A stretch of DNA of 64,000 nt from a bacterium (GTDB lineage Bacteria > Hinthialibacterota > Hinthialibacteria > Hinthialibacterales > Hinthialibacteraceae), in contig CAXXMV010000006.1 of NCBI GenBank assembly GCA_963662285.2, positions 1,184,001 through 1,248,000 on the forward strand, read 5' to 3'. Shown one piece after another: positions 29,162-38,501 of this stretch; within the stretch, counting starts at the first letter, position 1; the number at the start of each line of letters is the position of its first letter. A program made the position numbers and the translations under genes. The notes under the pieces are model-generated. The model worked only from the letters and a program-made list of their open reading frames with translations. It was not told the DNA's origin and made no database searches.

Positions 29162-31642
29162 CTAATCCTCCAAAATCTCATAATCCTCACCGGATTCGGG
29201 ATTAAATCCAATGAAGGCTGATATGGGGATCAGCATCAGGTAGCAGATGGCGCCGAGGATGAAGTTCCAGTGGATGCCCAGCGCTATGCTGATTACTACC
29301 GCCAGGGTGGATGAGAGCACTCCGGCTGCGCCGTTCATAGCCCAGAACCAGGGAGTGGGGCGGTTATCGATGTATTGCACCAACCTCATACCGCTGGGGA
29401 AAGCGTAACCCATCATGAATCCCGCTGGCGAGATAAGCGCGACAGCGAACAGGCACTTGATCCAGATATCAACTGTTTGCAGCCATATAAAGAGGAATGG
29501 CGCCCAGAAGGGCAGGGTGATCAGGTAGACGAATAGCCCTAACGACCAGATAACAAAGCGCTTACAGGTGTTTAGTTTATATCTTTCCGAGAGAAAACTA
29601 CCCGCTCCGGTGAAGAGGATCAAGGCGAATAATACGATGCTCAACGAGTAGGCCGGGCGTCCCAGGAAGACGTTTAGCCTTTGTAGGAAGCCAATCTCGA
29701 CGAACATGAATCCCATGCCGATTACTGAGAAATAGGCCGAGCCTCCGCTGATTAGAGCCAAGGGCGTTTCGCGTAGGGCGGGCAGCATGGGGATGACGAT
29801 GGTGGCCAAAACCAGCAATATGGAGAGTACAACGATCATGATCAAGGTGCGGGTGGCCAGCAGGTTGCCGAATACCACTCCCTCTTGCACCGAGGTTTGG
29901 CTTACTCCTTCCCATATATTCATCAGGAACTCAAACAATTTGGCTGGTTTATGAAAGGGCAGCTGATTGAAGAAGAAGGGCTTGTCGTCGGTCGGCGGGG
30001 TCAGGTTCAAATCCAGGGTGGCGGTGTAGGCGTCAAGTTCAGCGCGGTTTTTGGCGGATAGGATGTTTTGCAATACCACCGAATCAGAACTCTTATCAGG
30101 ACTATGTACGATTACATATTCCAGGCCGACAGCTGCTTGGTTCAGTTTTTGGATGGCTGAGGCGTCCAGTGGCGAACGGGATAAAACCAGAGTGGCCAGT
30201 TTGTTGCGCACCGATGCGATGAAGATATGCTTGTGTGGTTCGGTTACGCCTTGATCCATCAAGGCTGCCGCCGCCAGGGCGATCATGCGCCCGGTTTCGT
30301 TGATTTCTCCGGGGGCGTGCCAACGGCTTACGGTCAGGACGCCATCTGGTTTGAGGTGGTTAAGGAAGATATTCCAGCCTTCAACGGTATAAAGGCCGTT
30401 TTCGCTAAGCGAGAAGGCCCCGGCGCCGGTGGCCGCCCAGGTGTCGATCATGCTCATCTGGATCAGGTCGAATTGCTCTGTCGAACGGGCGAACCAGCTG
30501 CGGGCTTCGTCAGCGATCAGTTTGACTCCCGGTAGGGTATTGACGTTGCAGAAATCGCTGAAGCCTTTTTCGTTTTGCAGCAAATTAACGTTGATGGGAT
30601 TCAGTTCGATCCCGGTGATGTCACGGAAGCCGAAATACCAGGCAGATAGGATGTCGCGCCCGCCGCCGATGCCGATGATGGCCGCCTTGCCGCTGTTTTT
30701 GTAATAATAGGCGAAATTGGTGATGTCGTATTTCAGGAATTCCAACTCTTCAGATTGGCCGCGGAAACGGTACATGGGCGAACCCGCCGCGCCATCAATA
30801 TTGAGGATGCGCCATTCTTTCTGGATATCGGGGAATTTGGCTGAAGCGCCCCATAGGTGGGCTGAGCGCATACCCCGGTTATACACCGCCACTCGTGAAT
30901 AGGAATTCCATTTTTCATATAGCATGTTTTTGTTGCGCCGTTCAATATTGTCTTTAACGAACATGGGATGCAGGCCTTTGGTGGTCTGGGTGTTGGCCAC
31001 GCACAGAATGGTTAGTCCTATGAAGATCAAGACCGGGCGTAGGAATAGTTGGTTGAAGCCTTTTTTGATGTATGGCCATTCACCGACATGGGAGAATGAG
31101 AAGAAGATCGCGCCGAAAGCTCCAACGGTTCCCGCCGTCAGCATGGCCGCTGGACCATCCAGATAGTTCAATAAAACCAATACCAGCAAACATCCCGCCG
31201 CCGCTCCAACCAGATCGACCGCATAGACGTAACCTATAGGATACGGGCTGCGGGTCAGAGCCAGGCTGATAGCCACGCCAGCCAGAAAGAAGGGGATGCT
31301 GACGCAGATGGTCAACTCAGCCCAGGCGAATACGCCCGATGCGGTAAACACGCCAGTCAGTGGAATGGTCAATTGCATGGCCAGACAGAAGAGGACGCTC
31401 AGGGCGTAAGCCGAAGTATAGAAGGTTAATTTTTGTGATAGGTTATCGTATGACAGTTGTTCGCGCTTCAGGTATACCCAGACCGAACCGGCGGTCATAC
31501 CGAACATGGCGATGCTGATTACGAAGAAGGCCAGGTAATACCAGGCCATGACGGAGAGGATGCGGGTCTGGATCACTTCCAGCATCAGCATCGATAAGGT
31601 TAAGCAGAATACCCCGGCATAAAAACAGAAGCGATCTAACAT
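29162..31642 (-). CDS. Polytopic membrane protein with central spermidine-synthase-like SAM-dependent domain
   Basis: LEVIQTRILS, YAVDLVGAAAG, WNSYSRV, IIGIGGGRD, IELNP, DEARSW, SENGLYTVE, TDDKPFF, PWFWAMNG. Confidence 0.85.
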   Translation of the reverse strand: MLDRFCFYAGVFCLTLSMLMLEVIQTRILSVMAWYYLAFFVISIAMFGMTAGSVWVYLKREQLSYDNLSQKLTFYTSAYALSVLFCLAMQLTIPLTGVFTASGVFAWAELTICVSIPFFLAGVAISLALTRSPYPIGYVYAVDLVGAAAGCLLVLVLLNYLDGPAAMLTAGTVGAFGAIFFSFSHVGEWPYIKKGFNQLFLRPVLIFIGLTILCVANTQTTKGLHPMFVKDNIERRNKNMLYEKWNSYSRVAVYNRGMRSAHLWGASAKFPDIQKEWRILNIDGAAGSPMYRFRGQSEELEFLKYDITNFAYYYKNSGKAAIIGIGGGRDILSAWYFGFRDITGIELNPINVNLLQNEKGFSDFCNVNTLPGVKLIADEARSWFARSTEQFDLIQMSMIDTWAATGAGAFSLSENGLYTVEGWNIFLNHLKPDGVLTVSRWHAPGEINETGRMIALAAAALMDQGVTEPHKHIFIASVRNKLATLVLSRSPLDASAIQKLNQAAVGLEYVIVHSPDKSSDSVVLQNILSAKNRAELDAYTATLDLNLTPPTDDKPFFFNQLPFHKPAKLFEFLMNIWEGVSQTSVQEGVVFGNLLATRTLIMIVVLSILLVLATIVIPMLPALRETPLALISGGSAYFSVIGMGFMFVEIGFLQRLNVFLGRPAYSLSIVLFALILFTGAGSFLSERYKLNTCKRFVIWSLGLFVYLITLPFWAPFLFIWLQTVDIWIKCLFAVALISPAGFMMGYAFPSGMRLVQYIDNRPTPWFWAMNGAAGVLSSTLAVVISIALGIHWNFILGAICYLMLIPISAFIGFNPESGEDYEILED

Positions 31643-31681
31643 TCTCGTCCCCTTCAAAATAAATTCATTTGCACAATGAAA

Positions 31682-31722
31682 AACGCCCTTCCATGTATTG
31701 TCAATTGGCCTGGAAGGGCGTT
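31682..31722 (-). terminator. Possible terminator hairpin
   Basis: AACGCCCTTCCA ... TGGAAGGGCGTT 12-bp stem with an adjacent A run; the loop is long. Confidence 0.4.
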
Positions 31723-31804
31723 GGGTTATTATCTACTACACATGTTATGCTACAAATGGAATTTTGACTATGATAAAAACACAAATTGGAATATCTAAAG
31801 TTGT

Positions 31805-31959
31805 AGAAAACAACCCCCTCTTGAATTCTCCCCCAAATTTGGGGGAGAGGGGTTTTGGCGATATAACCAGTTATATTCTATTGGCTCAGTTATACAAAAT
31901 ACTGAGGATAAATATTCCTCTCCCAAGATTGGGAGAGGTTAGGTGAGGGTTGATAATGA
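31805..31959. repeat. ~150-bp composite double-hairpin element (inverted copy of 19201-19352)
   Basis: Reverse complement aligns end to end with 19201-19352; the hairpins are conserved and the spacer has diverged. Confidence 0.8.
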
Positions 31960-32021
31960 CCACTCAAGAAAAAAAATTCAGGTCATCCTTTAATCCAGAG
32001 CATCCAGATTCAGACAAAAGT

Positions 32022-32990
32022 TTATTTCTTGGGTTCACCAAGGGATTCTTTGATTTGTTGGATGAACGGGGCTGCATCCTTGGGTGGTTTTACGATGAAA
32101 ACTGCGTACTCTGACATATCTTGGCCTTGATGATGAAAGCCTATAATCTCACCGCGATATTTATCCTGGGCGTGGAATGCCTGCGGGCCGCAATCAACCA
32201 GGTCTTCTACCGTACCGGTTTTGGCGATGCGTTCGCGTAATTGCGTCATACGTTCTTTAACCTCTTCAGGAGTTTTGCAGTAAGCCAGCACTAAGGTGGT
32301 TTTTTGTTCTTTATCTTCTCCAAAAGCATATTCAGCAATCAAAGCAGGAGCGAGGAACTCATAACCCAAAGCCGTCTTATTACTGTATTGATATGAATGG
32401 GGAACAAGATTCTTCTTAGGGAAGCGTCTGAAGACGCCGGGTATTTTCTTTCCTTTTTTTATGGTCTCTGCAACCTTGGCGGAGAAATCTTTGAGCAGCG
32501 GCTCGGTCTTGCCCTCTTCGCCGAAGGTGGAAAGTTTAATGTAATAGCGTCCCTGCATGAAATTGAGAGTATCCGGCTCCAGGTATCCCGTGGCGCCGAT
32601 ATCGATGAAATTATAATCGGTGGAACTCTCAGCCGAGAAGATGCCATAGGCGTTTAAGCGGTTGCCCATGTCATAGATGTCGACGGTAATCTCGTCGCTG
32701 CCGCGTTTGTATATGGCATGTCCCAAGGCTACGAAATCGTAATCGTGATAGATGCCAGCGGCGCCGTTGATCAATTCGTAGAGGTTTTCACCATAAAATT
32801 CCGCTTTGCCGTCCAGAGCGGCATTCATCTCCTGAGCGTCAGGCAGTAGGGCGGATAGTTTTTTGATTAATTCTTCAGAGACAGCTGGTTTATCGGATTT
32901 CTCTGGAACTTGAGCGTGAACCGTGACGGTTAAGATTAGTGAGGCGATAAATAGAGTGATGATTCTATGGGGATAAAATTTTTGGTGCAT
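32022..32990 (-). CDS. Secreted hypothetical protein (DUF6599-like)
   Basis: Signal peptide ending VHAQ; FYGENLYELINGAAGIY, VDIYDMG...NAYGIFS, QGRYYIKL pattern. Confidence 0.75.
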   Translation of the reverse strand: MHQKFYPHRIITLFIASLILTVTVHAQVPEKSDKPAVSEELIKKLSALLPDAQEMNAALDGKAEFYGENLYELINGAAGIYHDYDFVALGHAIYKRGSDEITVDIYDMGNRLNAYGIFSAESSTDYNFIDIGATGYLEPDTLNFMQGRYYIKLSTFGEEGKTEPLLKDFSAKVAETIKKGKKIPGVFRRFPKKNLVPHSYQYSNKTALGYEFLAPALIAEYAFGEDKEQKTTLVLAYCKTPEEVKERMTQLRERIAKTGTVEDLVDCGPQAFHAQDKYRGEIIGFHHQGQDMSEYAVFIVKPPKDAAPFIQQIKESLGEPKK

Positions 32991-33033
32991 TGTTTTTTCT
33001 CCGTAATATGAATTTGATGATTATTTTACATCT

Positions 33034-33070
33034 AAAAGGGCCTGAAAGGCATCCGCCTGACAGGCCCTTT
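33034..33070 (-). terminator. Terminator-like hairpin
   Basis: AAAGGGCCTG...CAGGCCCTTT stem downstream of the aldo/keto reductase gene. Confidence 0.55.
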
Positions 33071-33099
33071 ATATAATAATGTTTGGCGTCTTTCAAACA

Positions 33100-33125
33100 G
33101 GGCGCCCACGAGGGGCGCGCCCTAC
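33100..33125 (-). repeat. GTAG-family REP (GTAGGGCG...GGGCGCCC); second copy at 37707-37732
   Basis: GGGCGCCCACGAGGGGCGCGCCCTAC vs GGGCGCCCACGAGGGGGGCGCCCTAC. Confidence 0.7.
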
Positions 33126-33149
33126 ATTGTTAATTTGTCTGGCGTAGTC

Positions 33150-34301
33150 CTAGGCGAATAATTGACGGGCGCTTTGTAGTCTTTCCACAATATTTATATC
33201 ATTGGGACATGCTTTTTCGCATTCATGGCATTCGCCGCATTTTGAACTTAGACGCTGGTTTGGTGAAAGTTCGTGATAGGTCTCCATCGCGGTTTGCCGG
33301 TCGTGTTGCTCTTCCAGGTAATAATCTTTGCAGCGCAGTACGGTGGATATTTCAATGTTATCGGGACAGGCGTCTTTGCATTCGCTGCATGCCATGCAAT
33401 GGGTGGATCGGTTATTCATGGCGTAACGGTAGAGTTTCATATCTTCACTGGCGGTCAATGCTTCGCCAGCCGCTTTTTTATATGCGTCGAACATCTCAAA
33501 AGAACCGATGCCTTTAAGAACCGTAGTGATAGCGGGATTCTTGAGCATTTTCTTGACATACATGCATTGATCATCGATAGATTCCAAGCCGGACATTGAT
33601 TTCATGGCCATGACGCCCACTTTTTTGGCATGAGCATCACGCAAGACGCTATCAAGCACCTGAAGGTTTTTCTGATCCAAGCGTGGATTAAGCAAACTGA
33701 ACATGCCGCTGGCTAATGCCGAACCGCTGGCTTTGAGGTTTTTATCATGACTGGTATGTCCGCAAAAACGTACTTTGCCTTTGGCTTTGAGTTTTTCGAA
33801 GGATTTTTTGATTAGAGGATCGCGGGCGGATTCTTCATCGTGCCGGTTAAACATAAAGAAATCGACGTAATCGCAATTCAACACTTTCAACCATTCATCC
33901 AGTTTACTGTAATCTTCCTTTTCATAATCTTCGCGGTTGAAGAAATTATCTTTAAGAGCGACGTAGACATCTTTTCTTCTAGTTTTGAGAACTTTGCCCA
34001 GTTCTACAATGGAACGGCCGCCGATATAAGAATTGGAGATATGAACCAGGTTGACGCCATTATCGATGGCGTATTCGTGGATGCCGGGTTCATTAACCAG
34101 ACCGCCCATGCTGATGGCGGAAATCATGAGGCCGGTGTCGCCTAACATGCGATAGCGCATATCTGGTTTGTAATTCAATATTTTACTGGTATCGGTTTTA
34201 TTCTCTGAGGCCTGAGCTGACGCTCCTAAGCCTGCAATGGCGGCGGTTGCGGCGCCGCTTTGGATAAATGAACGGCGACTCATGAAGATTTTTTCTGTCA
34301 T
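33150..34301 (-). CDS. Tat-exported aldo/keto reductase with C-terminal 4Fe-4S dicluster
   Basis: SRRSFI signal; MRYRMLGDTGLMISAISMG; GVMAMK; CMACSECKDACP and CGECHECEKACP. Confidence 0.9.
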   Translation of the reverse strand: MTEKIFMSRRSFIQSGAATAAIAGLGASAQASENKTDTSKILNYKPDMRYRMLGDTGLMISAISMGGLVNEPGIHEYAIDNGVNLVHISNSYIGGRSIVELGKVLKTRRKDVYVALKDNFFNREDYEKEDYSKLDEWLKVLNCDYVDFFMFNRHDEESARDPLIKKSFEKLKAKGKVRFCGHTSHDKNLKASGSALASGMFSLLNPRLDQKNLQVLDSVLRDAHAKKVGVMAMKSMSGLESIDDQCMYVKKMLKNPAITTVLKGIGSFEMFDAYKKAAGEALTASEDMKLYRYAMNNRSTHCMACSECKDACPDNIEISTVLRCKDYYLEEQHDRQTAMETYHELSPNQRLSSKCGECHECEKACPNDINIVERLQSARQLFA

Positions 34302-34423
34302 TATTACATTCTCCCTTTTTTTATTAAATCAATATTATTATGCGTATATTATTTTACATTAGTCTATAGTTTGAAGGAAAAAGGTTCGGTTTTAATTGCA
34401 ACAATAATATTATGCGGATATTT

Positions 34424-35743
34424 TTAAGATATTAATAAATCAGCGGCCATATTACCGCTGACAACCGCTCCTTCAATTGTAGCGGGTAGAGCAGTTGCAG
34501 TCCAATCTCCAGCAAGAATGAGGTTATCAATTGCAGTTTGAGCATTTGCCCGTTTTTTAACATTATCAGGCGTTGTTGAGAAAGTAGCGCGAGGCTCCCA
34601 AAATACCAACGAATCTGTAGGCGCTTTTGATATGCTGCGGGGATAAACCTTTTGAATATCTTCAATAGCTGCTTTGACTAAATCTTCCCTGCTTAATCCC
34701 TTAAACCTGCGTGCTGCGCTGATTAGAAGACAGACGCAATGCGACTTGTGCTCTCCAGGGCGCATGAAATTGGCGCGGTGGAATATCCATTCGTATGTAC
34801 AATCCAGTAAACAGCAGAAATTTTCATCCGATATGGGTTGGTCATACCATAAATAGGTGCTCAATATGGGCGATGCGCCCAGATCGGGGATGGGGATTTG
34901 TTCTTCTAAGCCTGAATTTTTCAATAACTTACGTAAGTTATTATCTGGAGCGGCTGAAATGCAGGCGCCGCACTCAATGCGTTCGCCGGATGAGCATATA
35001 ACTGCTGACACTTTGTTATTCTTATATTCCAGACGTTCGACGCGGTGATCAAGCAGTACTTGGCCGCAGCGTTCTTCGATAAATCTGATGGCTTTTTCGC
35101 CATGTAGTTTTTGGAGAGCTACACTGGCTAAAGCCATACGCGAATCGGCTCTTCCAGAAAAGAAAGCCTGTTTGAGCACGGTTTGCAAAAGGGCTGCGTC
35201 GGCGATCTGAGGTTCTTCGTTAAGGGCGGAGAGGGCGATTGATTCCCACATGCGTTTGCGAAGCTTGGGAGTCTGCCCCAGGCGTTGGCATAGTTCCGAG
35301 ACGGTTTCGCCATTGTGTACAGCCTTTTTTCTTTTCATCTGCAAGCCGAAATGGATGGCGGAGACCTTATCGCTTAATCCCAGCGAACGCATGGATAATA
35401 GACCCGCTAAAAGATCGAGCGGCGCCGGGAGTGGATAAGAGCGTAAGTGGTCACGCAATCCATCACCGCCCCGGTAAGGAACCGAAAGCGATGGTTGGAA
35501 ATAGAGGTCGTCGTAGGTTCCCAGGAGGCGCAGTAAGTCGAAGGTCTTGTGATAACAGCCCATTAGGGCGTGTTGACCGTTGTCGATCATATCGCCGGTG
35601 CGCCGGTCGCGGGTAGAGTAAACCCGTCCGCCCAGGAATTTTCTTTTTTCGATAAGGGTGACTTTAGCGCCTGATTGGGCCAGGCGAACTGCTGCGGATA
35701 TACCGGCCAGGCCGCCGCCTATGACGACGACATCGGTTACCAT
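34424..35743 (-). CDS. hpnE: Hydroxysqualene dehydroxylase
   Basis: VIGGGLAGISAA, LGGRVYS, IDNGQHALMGCY, LAGDWTATALPATIEGAVVSG; follows hpnC-hpnD. Confidence 0.9.
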   Translation of the reverse strand: MVTDVVVIGGGLAGISAAVRLAQSGAKVTLIEKRKFLGGRVYSTRDRRTGDMIDNGQHALMGCYHKTFDLLRLLGTYDDLYFQPSLSVPYRGGDGLRDHLRSYPLPAPLDLLAGLLSMRSLGLSDKVSAIHFGLQMKRKKAVHNGETVSELCQRLGQTPKLRKRMWESIALSALNEEPQIADAALLQTVLKQAFFSGRADSRMALASVALQKLHGEKAIRFIEERCGQVLLDHRVERLEYKNNKVSAVICSSGERIECGACISAAPDNNLRKLLKNSGLEEQIPIPDLGASPILSTYLWYDQPISDENFCCLLDCTYEWIFHRANFMRPGEHKSHCVCLLISAARRFKGLSREDLVKAAIEDIQKVYPRSISKAPTDSLVFWEPRATFSTTPDNVKKRANAQTAIDNLILAGDWTATALPATIEGAVVSGNMAADLLIS

Positions 35744-36609
35744 GGCAAAACCCTTGAGATTCTGCTGCCCAGCCAGATGGATAAGGCGATGCGCATTTTC
35801 TGGCTATTAGAGATTCTTATGCGTTCTGGATAAACGTTAAAATCGGCCAGAACAATTTTTTTATAGAGGGAATAGTATATTTTTTTCATTATTTCCGCTG
35901 GAAAAAGCAGGTGGTGATCACGCCGGGAATAGAGTTTATTGGCGCTATCATAATATTGCTGGGCGCGGTCAGCGTGAAATTTCATGAATTCTACGAAAGC
36001 GGGATTATACACTTCATTGAGCAGGTCGCTCTCGGAATACTTGAATCGTTCTAGTTCGTCGGCGGGCATGTAGATGCGGTCGATGCGGGCGTCTTCGCCG
36101 ACGTCGCGCATGATGTTGGTCAGTTGCAGAGCCATGCCCAGATCGATGGCGTATTGTTTGGCGTTTGGAGAACTATAGCCGAAGATTTCTATACTGATCA
36201 AACCCACTACGCTTGCAACGCGATAGCAATATTCCTTTAACTCTTCGAAAGTCGCATAACGCTTTTTAACCAGATCCATCTCGCAGCCGTCGATCAATGC
36301 ATGGAAATATTCTTTGGGCATGTTGAATTGCTCAATGACCGTCTGCATGGCCTCAGTTATGGGATGCTGAGGATTGCCGGCGTAACAGGCTTCTAATTCA
36401 GAGCGCCACTGGTCTAACTCTTTTCGCGCTGCGTCGGGCGATTCTATGTTATCGACGATATCATCGGTCTGACGGCAGAAGGAATATATGGTGAAGATCG
36501 CATCCCGCTTGGCTTTAGGTAGAAACAGAAACGAATAATAGAAATTCGTTTTACTCTTCCTGGTTTTATCACGCGTATAATTGTTGCTGTTTGACTGTTC
36601 CATATCCAC
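35737..36609 (-). CDS. hpnD: Presqualene diphosphate synthase
   Basis: TNFYYSFLFLP, YSFCRQTDDIVD, YCYRVASVVG, LGMALQLTNIMRDVGED, RIYMP. Confidence 0.88.
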   Translation of the reverse strand: MDMEQSNSNNYTRDKTRKSKTNFYYSFLFLPKAKRDAIFTIYSFCRQTDDIVDNIESPDAARKELDQWRSELEACYAGNPQHPITEAMQTVIEQFNMPKEYFHALIDGCEMDLVKKRYATFEELKEYCYRVASVVGLISIEIFGYSSPNAKQYAIDLGMALQLTNIMRDVGEDARIDRIYMPADELERFKYSESDLLNEVYNPAFVEFMKFHADRAQQYYDSANKLYSRRDHHLLFPAEIMKKIYYSLYKKIVLADFNVYPERIRISNSQKMRIALSIWLGSRISRVLPW

Positions 36610-36617
36610 TCAATTCA

Positions 36618-37592
36618 TTATGCGACTTTGGCCGCCATTTCAAATAATTTATTATACCGTCTCCGCATTCGAGTCATGCGAAACAGAGAGCGCCCTCCAC
36701 AGGAGACGAAATCCCACTTGTTTAATTTAGGACGGTTATCAAATACGTTATAGCCATTTTTTAATGTCCGCGAAAGGATGGTTACGCCGCCGAGCCAGGT
36801 GAAGCGCAACTCAGCCGACAGGGGCCAGCGTACGCTTTCCAGCAGGGGATAGCCTTCATCGAATAATTGCCAGGTACGCTGAACCAGTTCCTGCATGATA
36901 TTGATGTATCGTTCATCATAGACATGAGCGAATAGATCATCCATAGAATACCCGTTGGCCTGCATCAGTTCTTTGGGAATGTAGACGCGGTCTTTTTGAA
37001 GATCGATGGCTACATCCTGCCAGAAGTTGGTCAGTTGCAAGGCGGTGCAGATGCAGTCGGACATGTGGAACAGTTCCTCATCGCGGTAGTCGAACAGGTG
37101 GAGGATAAGGCGTCCCACCGGATCAGCGGAAAATCTGCAATAGTTTTTAATCACGCCGTCGAAGGTCTCGTAACGTTTTACAGTTACATCCTGCTTGAAA
37201 GCGTGCAACAAACCCCGGAACAGATCAATCGGAAGTTCGCATTTCTTGGCAGTATCGGCCAGAGCGATAAATACCGGGTGTTCGGCTTTACCTTCAAAAG
37301 CTTGTGATAGCAATTCATCCCATGAATTGAGATAATCCATGCGGCGGCCTTCGTAGCAATCTTCGTCAGAGAAATCGTCCGAAATGCGGGCGAAGGCGTA
37401 GATGGCGTAAACGTGAATCCGTTTGGCCTTGGGAACCAGCATTGATCCAACCGGAAAGTTTTCGTAGTGGGATACGGTCAGGCTCCGGCAGAAGGCATAG
37501 GAATCCTCCACCGACCAATCATCACGCAAAAGCTGATGAGGCAGGTTATACATCGAACAGATGGCATCTAATGTTGGTAGTTTTATGCCCAT
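36618..37592 (-). CDS. hpnC: Hydroxysqualene synthase
   Basis: SHYENFPVGS, IYAFARISDDFSDE, AFKQDV, YCRFSADPVGR, SDCICTALQLTNFWQDV. Confidence 0.9.
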   Translation of the reverse strand: MGIKLPTLDAICSMYNLPHQLLRDDWSVEDSYAFCRSLTVSHYENFPVGSMLVPKAKRIHVYAIYAFARISDDFSDEDCYEGRRMDYLNSWDELLSQAFEGKAEHPVFIALADTAKKCELPIDLFRGLLHAFKQDVTVKRYETFDGVIKNYCRFSADPVGRLILHLFDYRDEELFHMSDCICTALQLTNFWQDVAIDLQKDRVYIPKELMQANGYSMDDLFAHVYDERYINIMQELVQRTWQLFDEGYPLLESVRWPLSAELRFTWLGGVTILSRTLKNGYNVFDNRPKLNKWDFVSCGGRSLFRMTRMRRRYNKLFEMAAKVA

Positions 37593-37768
37593 AATATTGA
37601 GATGTATGGTATCATAATAGATGGATTTACTCCAGCATCAGGTAATATTTGTGAAATTACCTGATAGTGATTTATTTTTCCCCTCACCATAGCGCCTGGA
37701 AATTTCGGGCGCCCACGAGGGGGGCGCCCTACTTTGGATAGGGGATTTGTTATCAGGAGTGGATTTTT

Positions 37769-37798
37769 GATGGGTCGGTAAGGCTGACCCATCCTACG
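37769..37798 (-). repeat. GTAG-family REP
   Basis: Reverse complement CGTAGGATGGGTCAGCCTTACCGACCCATC (GATGGGTC/GACCCATC stem). Confidence 0.65.
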
Positions 37799-37816
37799 CG
37801 TGAGTGGATTTACATT

Positions 37817-38377
37817 ATGGACGATCATGATTTTTCTTCAATAGAGCAGGCTTACCGTAATTCATCCAGAAGGGCGCCTCTTCCTCAGCCATCGCGGCGT
37901 ATGTTCGGCATTGATTTCATGTTTGTTATTTTATTTATGGTTGCAGGTTTTTATTTTGTGTGGCCTAAGATGTTTCAAACTCCCGAAGCTTATGCTCCTG
38001 AATCGGCGATTCATGAAACTCTGACGGTTTATTTGATGGCTCAAGGTTGTTGTATTGCAACCGAAGATTATGGTGACGAATCGAAATTTTCGGAGCAAAT
38101 CAAGCAGGCGTTGGAAGCGGTTCAGCCTAAAGGCTCCAAGGCGCCCAAAATATTGCTCATAGATGATTCGGGGAATCTTCTGGTTGGGGAAGAGGAATGG
38201 CCTGAAGCGTGGGAAAAAGCAAATCCTCCCTGGCAATACCGCAAAGCAGGCTCAATGATTTATCGCCTTAAAGGCAATGCTATTCTGATTTTTTTTGAAC
38301 CTATCGATGATAGGCAATTGACGCTGGTGGTTATTAAACGTTTTACGCCGATGTTTAAGGGTGATGGGAAGAGCTGA
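37817..38377 (+). CDS. Hypothetical single-pass membrane protein
   Basis: 186-aa ORF with one hydrophobic segment (FGIDFMFVILFMVAGFYFVW). Confidence 0.7.
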   Translation: MDDHDFSSIEQAYRNSSRRAPLPQPSRRMFGIDFMFVILFMVAGFYFVWPKMFQTPEAYAPESAIHETLTVYLMAQGCCIATEDYGDESKFSEQIKQALEAVQPKGSKAPKILLIDDSGNLLVGEEEWPEAWEKANPPWQYRKAGSMIYRLKGNAILIFFEPIDDRQLTLVVIKRFTPMFKGDGKS

Positions 38378-38433
38378 TTTGGTTATTCTTGGTGGGTTAT
38401 GCTATCGCTCCATCCTGTTTGTAGGCGTATTCA

Positions 38434-38469
38434 ATCAAGGACTGAGCGCAATGCGCTCAGTCCTTGGCG
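38434..38469. repeat. REP-like hairpin family B variant
   Basis: ATCAAGGACTGAGCGCAATGCGCTCAGTCCTTGGCG. Confidence 0.7.
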
Positions 38470-38501
38470 TTCGGCCCTAGATAGAAATATCAGAACAATA
38501 C

